Origin: Camelus dromedarius
Lineage: Eukaryota
Length of the DNA stretch: 64,000 bases
Reading direction: 5' to 3'
NCBI RefSeq assembly: GCF_036321535.1
Contig: NC_087437.1
Coordinates: 90,894,001 to 90,958,000 of the forward strand
Within the stretch, counting starts at the first letter, position 1. Each line of letters begins with the position of its first letter. Both the position numbers and the translations under genes were made by a program. The notes beneath the pieces were generated by a model. It was not told where the DNA came from, made no database searches, and was given only the letters and a program-made list of their open reading frames with translations. This document shows positions 1-12,150 of this stretch, piece after piece.

Positions 1-158
1 AAAAGCGCCCAGTGAGGGTAGACTAACAAAAATCTAACATGTCTTAGAAGTCATAATACAGCTTAGTTTGATTTGGGGATTGAATACCTAATAAGTCTCT
101 CAAAACGCTTGGGTCAATTTAGATATTACATGGGTTCATTCAATTAAAATTACGCTAC

Positions 159-247
159 GTGTATATGTATGACTGAACTATTATGCTGTGCACCAGAAAC
201 TGACACAGCTTTGTAAATTGGCTATACTTCAATAAAACAAGTAAAAA
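159..247 (+). mobile_element. Very short 5'-truncated L1 3' terminus with TSD
   Basis: TGACTGAACTATTATGCTGTGCACCAGAAACTGACACA...CTATACTTCAATAAAA plus A tail, matching the L1 3' ends at 17710-17790 and 3895-3960 (rc). TSD AAAATTACGCTAC (146-158) / AAAATTATACTAT (248-260) at a TT/AAAA site. Confidence 0.85.
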
Positions 248-669
248 AAAATTATACTATCTCTTCACTAGTTCTGAATGAAAACATTTCCATAAGTTAA
301 TAGGTTAAACATGAAACTAGAATTTTTACACAACCCTTGCTATCTTTAATAATTCTAATCACCTTACATCCCAGCTGACTACACTCAAGATTGTAAATTG
401 TTTCTGTGTTTTCTTACCCATGCATCACTTAGTCTTCACCTTACTTATCTTTTGCTTTTGATATCATTGATGTTACATTATATTTTGCTAACATTTATTA
501 ATTAGCAATTTTAAAACTCCCATATTTTCAAAATAAATAATTTAGAAAAAAATTAAATACATAAAAAAGAAATTGTATTTTACATTTTAATTTTCTACTT
601 ATCTACAGTGTTGAGCCTATGTGTCTACCCCAGGCTTTCAGATGAGACCACAAAAAGGCTATATCCCAT

Positions 670-962
670 TTGTAAAGGCTGCACCCTAGAAGTAAAGTTC
701 TCACACTGAGAGAAGAATCAGAATTAAATAGTCCAGACCTAAGAAAGCATGAAAACAATCCTTTGTATAATCAAGTTATTCAATAGTTTAAAAGGAATAA
801 AATATATTGAGACCTGAATGTGTTATAATCATGAGACTTATCAGAGAGGAGCTCTGAGTGTAGTTAATACCGTATACTCAAGAGATAGTGGAAAACATAG
901 AGAAAATAATGAAAAAGTGCAGACTTTTGAAAGGAAATTGGAAAATATAAGAAGAAATCAAA
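670..962 (+). mobile_element. Possible ancient L1 5'/ORF1-region remnant
   Basis: A-rich, ORF1-like coiled-coil translation (ENNEKVQTFERKLENIRRNQ); highly decayed. Confidence 0.3.
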
Positions 963-2312
963 GTTATATAGATATGTGTATATATTATCTATATATAATA
1001 TTCTGTGTAGTTTTGCCAGAAGAGCAAATTATGTGGTTCTAAACATACCTGTGAAATTATACAAATTGCTATTTTTTCTTGAAAAGTAAAAATATTAATT
1101 TTGATTATATATATTATCTTAAATGTCAATCATAAACTTTTCTCCTTAGCTTCCTGCCACTTGTATATATAACTTGGCTTAAAATTGAAAATAAATAGAA
1201 CAAGGAAACATGGTTAATATAAACTACTAAAATAAAAAATCTTTAATGTTGACATTATGTAGACCAATTTTAAGGTTTTTCAAAACCTCATTTTTAGAAG
1301 TGAGAATATATAGTATTTTTATCATAATAAAATATTTTCAATACTAATTTGTTTAACAAAATAGTTTGATCAAACTTAGAGACAATGAAAAAAATTAGTG
1401 GAGTTATTGTGTCTTCTAATTTCATTACACTTGCTGAGTAAAGCAATTTGAAACAATTAATAGTATAATTGCAAATTTGATTACTAAACAAAATTTTTAA
1501 AATTCTGTGAATTATTAACTTCACTTAGCATGTTCCAGATGGGTGAAATATTTATTTAGAATAAACACTTCCGAATTTCTAACAAACAAATAGATACATA
1601 CTAAAATCTTATATGGCAAAGTGTCTTTTTATTCATTGCAGACTGTTTTAGAATTTCTCATCAACAGTATTTTGGGGAAAAAAATAGGTATTGTGTGCTT
1701 TCTGCTTTTTTTTTTTTTTCTTTTAGAGTTTTTTGAGAGTTAGTATTTTTTGAGATTGGGTTACATTTTCATATTTTAACTAATAACCATGAAATTTCTG
1801 GGTGAGTGTGGCAATTTCTACCATGGAAAGGAGCCTCAATAATTCACGAGTTGAGGTAATGAATAGCACTTTAATCTCTAGTATCTTTGGGTATATGAGA
1901 CTTTTGCTACATTCTGTATTTTTAAAGTGTAAAAGTTATGTGTAGGCCAAAGAAAGGCATCATCCACACAGGTTCTATAGGGTACCAGGAGAGAGGCAGA
2001 ATGGCTCTGTGTTTCTCCCTCGGATAAATTTGATACTAGACTAGCTCCAGCTAATTATCTGATATGATTTTGAGAACCTGCCTAATTTTTAGTATCTTAT
2101 CTATATCTTTCCACTTAAGGGTCCCTATTGCCATCTTCTCTAGCTTCTTCATCAGTTCCATGTTCTATAATCTGTTTCTTCTGAGAAGAAATACATAACT
2201 CACAACTTCCCACATGTTTTTTGGGGGTTCCTTCTGGGTTTATATTATTTGATAGATTAACTTTGGTTTTTCCTTAACTCTGATTAGATAACTCAGATGA
2301 TTCCTTCTTATA

Positions 2313-2905
2313 TGTGGGTTCGCCACAAGTTGTGGGTTCTGGCCAGCAGAAGTCCCACTGAGACAGAATGAATTACTCAAGACTGGGGAAAAGTCAAGAG
2401 AGTGAGAGGGAGTCGGGAGCCAACTCCAGGAGCCTCTCAAATCTCTCATATTGATTGAGTACAGTAGAAGCAGGAATTTAGGGAAGGACAGGGTACAAAG
2501 GCTTTGTTTATTGTTGGTGTTTGGCTCAAGGTCAGAAGACCCTTTTTGGTGAATCATAATTGTGTTGAGCCTTTCAGCTTATCAGGGCGGAATGTATGAG
2601 AATCAGCTGCTTAACAAGAGTTTTTCTTGGACTCAGTTGGCTGTGCCTGTCTTAGGTTGCCCCCTCAGGGGATCTTACCCAGTCATTGGCTAACCAGCCT
2701 TCTCACCTCTGAGTCTGAATCTTTTTACCATTCCAGCCCAAGGCTGTTTTGGGGATAGAAGACTAACAGCAGGCACGCCCAGTGTTTATAGCCAGGGGCC
2801 TGGGTCATTGCTAAAACCTCAAGGCAGTTACTAAGCACATCTTCTTTAAGGAGATAAGTGGCTGGTATCTGTTACAATTTGTTAATCCAGTCATGGGCTC
2901 CCACA
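2313..2905 (-). mobile_element. Solo LTR, ERVK/class II-like, 593 bp
   Basis: Termini TGTGGG...CCCACA; 6-bp TSD CTTATA (2307-2312) / CTTACA (2906-2911); minus-strand AATAAA near 2507-2512; higher GC than flanks. A 6-bp TSD is typical of betaretrovirus-like elements. Confidence 0.8.
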
Positions 2906-3870
2906 CTTACAGTTGTTCAGATATCCATATTTACTCTTTATAACTCTTATGCAGATTAAACTTAAAATAATTCCAAAATGACAAGCCTCCTTTTATTGCC
3001 CAATTTGACAAAATCTGACATTGCCATAGGCTTCTGAAGCTGCATATAACTCAAAATCTCAGTTCTCACTGCCGTCCACTAATTCTAGGATACTGCGGCA
3101 GTCCTTCATATAGAGCTTGATCAACATGAGTCTATATTCTTTAATAATATTTGGAGTAGGATAAGGAAAATTTTTGTATAACTAGGAGTGTCTCTTTTTA
3201 CTTTTTGAGTCTTCTTATTTTTTTGATCTATCTCTGCTGTGGCATGTTTTAACTATATTCCCTTGAATTTTTATTTTGAAGTTGAATTAAACACTCAGAT
3301 ATACAAATTCACACAAACACATGTTGATTTCATTAGTGATTTCTTTTTAGCTCACTGTGTTTTGTGGATTAACATTAATAATGTCAAGCAGGTATGATTC
3401 TTTTCCTATAACATCCAGTCTTATAACCAGTCTCAGAAAAAAAAAAAGGATTTGAAATCATAGATGACTCTATAAAATCTCTCTTCTAAGAACCATTGTG
3501 GCTTATTCTGAGCCTACCTTTAATTCTATACCTAAAATGTTGTATTGGGGTATAAATGGTAAAAATTTAATGAAATTAATTCAAGAGAATGAGCTCTGTT
3601 AAATTTTTCATTGGGAACTGCCTCAAGCTAGCTAAAACAGAGTAAAAGAAGACAGAACAAACAAGAATCAAGCAAACAAATAAAAAACCCCAGAGAGACG
3701 TGAGACAATACAGTCTCCAAATGTGGAGAGAACAGCTTCTCAATGATGTCATGAATGAACTCTAACATTCTTAAAATCTGTTTTTCTTCAGGCTGATACT
3801 AGTAGTCATTTCCATGCATTTCTATATCCAGAGGAAGATGAGAGACTATCTCTGCATTTATTTCATTCTT

Positions 3871-5393
3871 TTTTTTTTAATTAAAAAATTTTTAATTGAA
3901 GTATAGCCAGTTACAGTGTGTCAATTTCTGGTATACAGCATAATGTTTCAGTCATACATATACATACCTATATTCATTTTTATATTCTTTTTCATTATAG
4001 GTTACTACAGGATATTGAATATAGTTCCCTGTGCTATACAGAAGAAAATTGTTTTCTGTCTATTTTATATATAGTAGTTAGTATTTGCAAATCTCAAACT
4101 CCCAATTTATTCCTTCCCATCTCTTTCCCCCACCCCAGGAACCATAAGTAATTTTTTTTTCCCTGTGTCTGTAAGTCTGTTTTTGTTTTGCAGATAAGTT
4201 CACTAGTTCTTCCACACATGAGGGATACCATATAGTATTTTTCTGTCTCATTCTGGCTTACTTTACTTAGAATGACAGTCTCCAGATCCATCCACGTTGC
4301 TGCAAATGGCATTATTTTATTTTTTATGGCTGAGTAGTATTCCATTGTATAAATATTCCACAGCTTCTTTATCCAGTCATCTGTTGATGGACATTTATGT
4401 TGTTTTCATGTCTTGGTTATTGTATATAGCACTGCTATGAACATTGGGGGTGCATGTATCTTTTTGAATTTGAGTTCCCTCCATTATATATACCCAGGAG
4501 TGCAATTCCTGGATCACATGGTAAGTCTATTTTTAGTTTTTTAAGGAATCTCCATACTGTTTTCCATAATGGCTGCACCAAACTACATTCCCACCAACAG
4601 TGTAGGAAGGTTCCCTTTTCTCCACACTGTCTCCAGCAGTGTACTTGTGAATGACGGCCCTTCTGAGTGGTGTGAGGTAATACTCATTATAATTTTGATT
4701 TGCATTTCTCTAATAATAAGTGATATTGAGCATTTTTCATGTACCTATTGGCCATTTGTATGTCTTCATTGGAGAATTGCTTGTTTAGGTCTTCTGCCCA
4801 TTTTTTTTTTTTTTTGGTTGTTATTATTAAGTTGTATGAGCTGTTTATATATTATGGAAATTAAACCTTTGTCAGTTGCAGCATTTGCAAATATTTTCTC
4901 CCATTCTGTAGGTTATCATTTTGTTTTGCTTATGGTTTCCTTTGCTGTGCAAAAGCTTATAAGTTTAATTAGGTCCCATTTGTTTATTTTTGCTTTTATT
5001 TCTATTGCCTGGATAGACTGTCCTAGGAGAAGATTGCTAAGATTTGTGTCACAAAATGTTTTGCCTATGTTTTCTTCTAGGAGGTTTATCATGTCTTGCA
5101 TTTAAGTCTCTAAGCCATTTTGAGTTTATTTTTGTGTATGCTATGAGGGAGTATTCTAACTTCATTGATTTACATGCAGCTGTCCAGTTTTTCCAGCAAC
5201 ACTTGCTGAAGAGACTGTCTTTTCTCCGTTGTATATTTTTGCCTCCTTTGTTGAAGATTAATTGATCATAAGTGTGTGAGTTTACTTCTGGGCTCTCTAT
5301 TCTGTTCCATTGATCCATATGTCTGTTTTTATGCCAACAACACACTGTTTGGATTACTGTAGCTCTATAGTATTCTCTGAAATCTGGGAGGGT
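3871..5393 (-). mobile_element. L1 non-inverted 3' segment (ORF2 C-terminus, 3'UTR, poly-A)
   Basis: Poly-T at 3869-3878; ORF2 remnants [57 protein letters not shown]. Confidence 0.95.
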
Positions 5394-5992
5394 AATCAGG
5401 CAAGAAAAAGAAATAAAAGGGATCCAAATTGGAAGAGAAGAGGTAAAATTGTCATTATATATGGATGACATGATACTATATATAGAAATTCGTAAAGCGC
5501 CACACAAAAACTACTAGAGCTGATTAAAGAATTCAGCAAGGTAGCAGGATAAAAGGTTAACATACAGAAATCAGTTACATTTCTTTTCACTAACAATGAA
5601 ATATCAGAAAAAGAAAGTAAAGAAATAATCCCTTTTAAAATTGCAATCCCCCAAAATAAAATACTTAGAAACAAATCTGACCAAATAGGGAAAAGACTTA
5701 TATGTGGAGAACTACAGAACATTGATTAAGGAATTAAAGATGACTTTAAGAAATGGAAAAATATCCCATGCTCTTGGATTAGAAGAATTAATATTGTTAA
5801 AATGGCCATAATACCCACAGCAATCTGCAGATTTAATGCAATCCCTGTCAAAATACCCAGGACATTTTTCATAGAACTAGAACAAATAATCCTAAAATTT
5901 ATATGAAATCACAAAGACCCAGAATTGCCAAAACAATACTGAAGAGGAAGAATGAAGCTGGAGGAGTAACCACCCCCACAGACTTCAGACAA
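5394..5992 (+). mobile_element. L1 inverted 5' segment of the same insertion (ORF2 RT region)
   Basis: Reads [31 protein letters not shown] ... RPRIAKTILKRKNEAGG..DFRQ; followed by degenerate TSD TTTTTCACTCTT (5993-6004) versus TATTTCATTCTT (3859-3870). Confidence 0.93.
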
Positions 5993-6339
5993 TTTTTCAC
6001 TCTTAGTAACGAAGGAATTTTAAATGGTCATTCTGTGACCAAAACTGGCCAAGTTCTTTGTTCTTATTTTCTAGAATTAATGCACTTGCCCATTTCTAAA
6101 CAATTACAAGACTCCTCCTCTAGCAAACACTGGTAAATTTTTAATGGAATGACCATAGTTAACTTAGAGACACTAGTTGAGGTGAAATAGAATACAAACA
6201 TAATCAAATTTTGTTGACTTTAAGTTGATTTCTTTTAGAATATGTTATTCAAATATTTACCTTATGCTATAATGCCAAACTTTGCAAGCTTTCATTAGGT
6301 TGATTAATTTGTTGCTTTATTCAATCAAATTTTTTTTCC

Positions 6340-6401
6340 ATTTTTATTGAGATAAAATTGACATACAGCAATGCATTAGTTTAAAATATTCAACATGTTT
6401 T

Positions 6402-6435
<34 letters not shown>
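6340..6435 (-). mobile_element. Old L1 3'-end stub ending in an (AT)n microsatellite (6405-6435)
   Basis: TTTTATTGAGATAAAATTGACATACAG resembles an L1M 3' end on the minus strand; the AT run is seen directly. Confidence 0.6.
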
Positions 6436-6438
<3 letters not shown>

Positions 6439-6559
6439 AATGATGCAATCAAGTTTTCTAGGTCAAGATTTATATATAATTTTTCTCTATCTTCCAAAAT
6501 GTACTATTTTCTATTATATTGGCTAAAAATTTAACAAAATATCTAAAAATAGGGATAAT

Positions 6560-7100
6560 AAGCATGAATGTTTTCAACTGAAGTAAATCTGATTCAAATT
6601 AACTTACATCTGAAAAAAGATAAATAAAATTAAGCAACTCAGCTAAAATTCAGAGGAAGAATGACTTCAGGCATAACTAAAACTATAAACTCAAAGTGTT
6701 CTGAAGGTTGTTTCTTTCTTTTCACATCTCTCAATTCTGCTTTTATTTGCATGTTGCCCTCATTCTTTCCTACAATAAATAAACTGTTTCTTTGGGCCCA
6801 GAAGGATAGATGTTAAACACTTGAATTTAGACATCCATTCAGCTTCTAATCCCAAATCTAGGGAAAATCTGTTCTGATAACTCTGGCATAAATGCCCCTA
6901 GAGAATGGGCTGATTGGCTCCACTTTGGTTAAGTGTCATTCTTACTTACTTTGTCTGGGATCTGATCACTGATCAGATCTAGGTCACATATTCACTACAG
7001 AAGACAAGGAAAATAGTCATTCCCACATAAGCCACATGGAATATGAAAGAGCTGGTTCACAAATGGGACCATAGTAAGTACGCTATGCAGTATGTCAGTA
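6560..7100 (-). mobile_element. Decayed MaLR (MLT1-type) LTR fragment
   Basis: Recalled MLT1-like motifs (TCTCTCAATTCTGCTTT, CTGATTGGCTC, CTAGGTCACAT). Confidence 0.4.
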
Positions 7101-7289
7101 AAAAAAAAACAAAACACATATTTCAGTGGATTAATAAAATAACAGTTAATTTCTTCCTAATATTGTTAACCAATGTGGTAGTGGTAGTCAAGAGGGCTGG
7201 TCTTTCAGCAGGGACTCAGAAACTTGAAATTCTTCCAGATTTTGAATCTGGCACATTCCACAAATGGCTAAACATCTCAAGATATTTCA

Positions 7290-7494
7290 TCTGGAAGCTG
7301 GGGAATAAGAGAGAAAGTGAGGAAGAGATAAACTTGCCAAGGCATGGAAGTGACATGTCACTAATGCTTATATTTCACTGATAAGAACTAATTACATGGA
7401 CCCACATGGATGCCTTTTGACTTGGAGATGCAATTTAGCTGTATACTCAGAAGAGGAAATGTATTTGCTGATTACACAACCGGTCTCTTCCATA
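7290..7494 (-). mobile_element. MaLR (MLT1J-like) LTR end
   Basis: TAGCTGTATACTCAGAAGAGGAAATGTATTTGCTGATTACACAACCGGTCTCTTCCATA resembles the MLT1 terminus. Confidence 0.55.
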
Positions 7495-7644
7495 GGAGTT
7501 TAGCCCTCAAACTTTATCTGTTCAGTATATTACCAACTATTTATGTTCTTCACCTTATTTGAAAATTTGCTGATACTTTACTGTTAAATACTATATTGTA
7601 TGATGATTTGAAACAATTATTAAGGAAAGGAAGTTATCTTTTTA

Positions 7645-8178
7645 CATTGGTAATTTATTACTGTTTAACCAACTCCACCACTTGATGGTTTGAACATAAT
7701 GATTTATTCTTTGTCATGATCCTATGAGTTGGCAATCTAGGTAGCTCCTCTTTTGGTCTCCACTGGGGTTGCACGTGGAAGCAGTCATCTGGCAACTCAG
7801 CTGAGACTGCGAGGTCCGATATGGCTTCACTCATATTAGGCAGGTGGTGCAGAATGCTCTAAATTTCCTTCCCTATGGTCTCTAATTCTATGGTAGACAA
7901 AATTATCTTCTGCACAGAAGTGATCTCGCGATTATGGGATGGTGAAAGCAGAAGATACGAGGCCTCTTAAGGTCTAGGATTCCAAATTTATATACAATTT
8001 TTACCATGTTTTATTGGGAAAAGCAAGTCAAAAGTCCAGCATCAATTCAAAAATGTTGGCAAATAAGAAAAAATGATGAGGAAAGCAGTGATGTTACATT
8101 GAAAAGAGAATGAACACAGTGAAGAGTGATTCATTGGTGGCTTTTGTGATTTTTATCATTTTACTTTGAATCTATCAG
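7645..8178 (-). mobile_element. MaLR (MLT1H/G-like) LTR
   Basis: Typical blocks GCAGTCATCTGGCAACTCAGCTG, ATGGCTTCACTCA, GGCCTCTTAAGGTCTAGG, AAAGCAAGTCA. Confidence 0.7.
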
Positions 8179-8313
8179 CAATATATGTGGAAGATTACAA
8201 AATAATCTTCCACAATAATAGAAGTTTATGGTATTCTTATCCCCATTGGAGATTACCTATTTTGATGCATCCTCTAAGAGTATGACATTTCTGGAGAAGA
8301 AACACCTTTGTAT

Positions 8314-8420
8314 GCAACAGTGTAAAATAATGACTGAGAATATTGATTCTAGAATAAGATAAAATATTTCTGTATCTTCTTTGCTTTAGTTACCAACAGT
8401 GCAATGTTGAGGGAGTATCT
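8314..8420 (+). mobile_element. MIR, 5' half (split by the L1 at 8434-11005)
   Basis: Decayed similarity to MIR up to the TGACCTTGGGCAAGT block; continues at 11007. Confidence 0.5.
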
Positions 8421-8433
8421 ATTTTCATTAAAT

Positions 8434-10010
8434 GAATTTATATTTTAAGAGCAGTTTTAGGTTACTGCACAACTAAGAGGAAAGTAGAAAAGAGATTTAT
8501 ACCTCCAGCCCCCACATGTGCATAGCTTCCCCCACTATCAACATCACTCACCAGAATAGTGCATTTGTTATTATTGATGAACCTACATTGACACATCATA
8601 ATCACTCAAATTCCACAGTTTACATTATGATTCACTTTTGGAGTGTACATAATATGGATTTGGGAAAATATGCACTGACATATCTTCATCATTAAGGCAT
8701 CATGAAGAATATTTTCACTGCCCTAAAAATTCTCTGTGCTTTGCTTATTCGTCAATCCCCTAACCCCAACTCTTAGCAACCACTGATCTTTCTACTGTTT
8801 CTGTAGTTTTGCCTTTTTCAGAATATCATGTAGTTGGCATCACAAAATATGTAGCCTTTTCAGATTGGCTTCTTTCACTGGATAATATACCTTTGTTTCT
8901 TCCATATCTTTCTGTAGCTTGATAGCATATTTCTTTTTAACAATGAATAATATACCATTACCTGAATGTAGTACAGTTTATTTATCCATTCACTGAAGGG
9001 CATCTTGATTGCTTACAAGTTTTGGCAATTATGAATAAAGCAGCTATAAAAATCGGTCTGTAGGGTTTTGTGTGTATGTAAGTTTTCAGCTCCTTTGCGT
9101 AAACACCAAGGAACATGATTATTGGATTATATAGTGAGTGTATGTTTAGCTTTGTAAGAAATTGCAGAATTGACTTCCAAAGTAGCTGTATCATGTTGCA
9201 TTCTCATTAGCAATGTGTAACAGTCCCTTTTGCTCCTTGCATTTAGTGTCAGTATTCCAGATTATGCTTATTCTAGTAGATATATAGTGGTACCTCATTT
9301 TTGTTTTAATCTGCATTTCCCTAATGACATGTACTGTGAAGCATCTTTTCATATGCTTATTTACCATCTATAAATATTCTTTGGTGAGGTGTCTAAAGTC
9401 TTTGTCCTATTTTTTAGTTTGTTTCCTTATTGTTGAGTTTTAAGATTTCTTTGTATATTTTGGATAACACATTTTTATTAGATGTTTCTTTGCAAATATT
9501 CTCTTCCATTCAGCAACTTGCCTTTTCATCTCTTGATATTGTCTCTTGTATTGAGATCTTAATTTCAACATCTAGCTTATCAATTATTTCCTTCATAGGT
9601 CATACCTTTAGTAGTATTTCTAAAAAGTCATTACCATATCCCAAGGCCAACTAGGTTCCTCCTATTATCTTCTAAACGTTTTATTATTTTGCGCTGTATA
9701 TGTCGGTATATTATCCATTTTGGGTTAGTTTTGTGAAGGATGTAAGGTCTGTGCCCAGTTTTCTTTCTTCCTTTCTTTCTTTCTGCCTATAGATATCCAG
9801 GTGGTCTAGAATTATTTGTTGAAAAAACTTTCTTTGATTCATTATGTTGCCTTTGCTTCTTTCTCAGTGATCAGTTAAATATATTTATGTGGATCTATTT
9901 CTGGGCTCTCTGCTCTTTCTCATTGATCTATTTGTCTCTTCTTTCACCGTTACCACACTGTCTTGAGTACTATAGCTTTATAGTAGGTCTTGAAGTAGAG
10001 TAGTGATAGT
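8434..10010 (-). mobile_element. L1MC-like 3'UTR and ORF2 C-terminus
   Basis: GAGCAGTTTTAGGTT...GATGAACCTACATTGACACATCATAATCAC 3' end; ORF2 remnants PIFIAALFIIAKTCKQSRCPS and FKTYYKAIVLKTVW. Confidence 0.9.
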
Positions 10011-11005
10011 GTTTTCCTCAGTTGGGTCCAGCCTATAAGTAAACCCACCAGAAGTATTCTTCATTTTTGTTACAGTGTTTTTTTTTAATCTCTAGCAATT
10101 TTTGTTTGTTTTTCTTAGGGTTTCCACATCTCTCCTTACATAGTTCACCTGTTTTGCATGCTGTTTACTTTAGCCATTGGAACCCTTAGAATACTAATCA
10201 TAGATATTTTAAGTTCCTGGTCTGACATTTCTAATATCCCTTCATGTCTAATAGGAGGAATTGCTGTAAACAGGTTTTTACTAAGTGATGATGATGGTGT
10301 AAGGGGAAGAAGGTGTTCTATAGTTCTATGATTAGGTCTTAATCTCTAAGGGAGCCTATGCCTCCGGACTGTGAACTTCACATGTGTTTCTATTTTTTTT
10401 TTTTTTTCATTCCACCTTTAGGTGGGAGAGGATGGCTAGAGTGGGCTGGAATTAGGTGTTTCCTACCTACCAAGCCAATTAAGCTCTGAAAATACCCCAG
10501 CAGGTGAATCTTTGGTTAACATATTCATGTGAAATCAGGTTTTGTTAAGCATATAGAACTCTGGCATATTTCAAAATGGTCTGTTTTCCTCTCCGCCTCT
10601 GAAAAGCTTCATTTTTTCCAGATGCTTACTGCTGGACCTGGTTAAACGCCTGCAGATCAATCTCATAAAATGGTGGGGGCCTCCCCATGATGTGGTCACC
10701 CCTAGAGTTTCTAAGAGTTGTCCACACTGAGCCTGCAGACATTCATTAATTACAGTTTATGTTTATCTACCTAGCTTTTGTTCCTGCTATGGTTTCGGTT
10801 CATGAGTCTGTGATCAAATAAATTGTTATTCCCTGTATTCACCTGTTGGTTTCTCCTATCTTGGGGGTATCTTTTTGCCCTGTGTCCTCACCTCTCTTAC
10901 AAGTCTTAGAAGAGTTGAAAATTTCTCAGTCTGTTCTACTTTTTGTTTATTGTGATGTAGCAGCAACTTATGAGCTTCCTACATGTGGAATTGGAAATCA
11001 CTGGA
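10011..11005 (-). mobile_element. L1MC-like 5'UTR and ORF1 start
   Basis: Reverse complement aligns by eye with 32388-33505 (e.g. ATTCCACATGTA at the start; AATGAAGAA...CTGAGGAAA at the break). Confidence 0.85.
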
Positions 11006-11006
11006 A

Positions 11007-11150
11007 GAGTCTCTTAATGTCTGTAAATCTCATTTTAATCTTATGTAACTGGGGATTACAATAGCATCTACTTCATAAATTGGTAACATCAAATGAGAAA
11101 AAAACATATTTATTACTTAACATAAAGTAAATTATATATTATGCGTTAAA
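11007..11150 (+). mobile_element. MIR, 3' half
   Basis: TGTAACTGGGGATTACAATAGCATCTACTTCATA...AAATGAGA matches the MIR core. Confidence 0.65.
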
Positions 11151-11919
11151 TAAGTGTTTGAATGTCTTATTATAATTATGATACCCCTATGTGCTTCAAT
11201 GGAAATAAAATATTTATGCTTAGTGCTGACAGTATAAGATAACAATGTCATTTGTGTTTGGTGTCTGGATCAAGTTTCATTAGTTTGATAAAATATCATA
11301 CAATGACTTTCCTTTTTCCTATGACTTTGAAAATGTATATAACTTAAAATTGACTTAACTTATTTTTTCCTTATGTGTTAAAAGAGCACTTAATCCCAGA
11401 TTTTTTCAGCATGCCACTTAATTAATCTTGTATTTAGTTTTCTTTTTCATTTTTAAAATTGCATTTGGTATTTTATTTTACAAGAAATAATTTTCATTAT
11501 GATATTTAAATAACTTTAATAGACATATAAGTTGCATACCCTTATAAAGTTTAAACACTCCTTGTGTCTAATATGAACTATTCTTTAGTTTTAACTTCAC
11601 ATAGAGTATTTTAAACCTTTGGATCAAATTTACATTGACTATAGTTTGGAGTTCTTTAAGAACCCTCTGTTGCATTTATTTATAATTCTGTTCATTTGCA
11701 CTTTTATGTTTATTTCAAATTTAGTTTTACAAATTATTTGTTAATTTTCACAATTAAGGTCATGGCTCTGTCACAATTTTGTACCAAATTTTTTCTCCAT
11801 TGTTTTTCTTACTTATTAAAGAAATAGTAATATTTTGTACCAAAACAATAATTTTCCAGATTTTGACAGAAAGTTCAAAGAAAAAATGTATTGTCACAAA
11901 GAATACATTTCTATCCTTT

Positions 11920-12150
11920 GTGTGTATATAATCCTTTTATATATATTATAAAATATAATCCATTTCTATTCTTTACATATTCCTTTTGCATATATTATAT
12001 TCTATAGAAATAATATAGTATATGACAAAGTTATAAATATATTATCTTCTATGGAATATATGATATATAAGTATTATATATAAGGATATAAAAGGATATA
12101 TATTATATATAACATATACTCACATATATTACATATATATTAACTATACT
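11920..12150. repeat. AT-rich low-complexity, degenerate (TA)n
   Basis: Directly visible TATAT/ATATA-rich stretch. Confidence 0.7.

Noticed and set aside
4094..6136. Cluster of ORFs, some with RT-family similarity
   Set aside because: Broken L1 ORF2 pieces and antisense frames; no intact ORF2 anywhere in the window.
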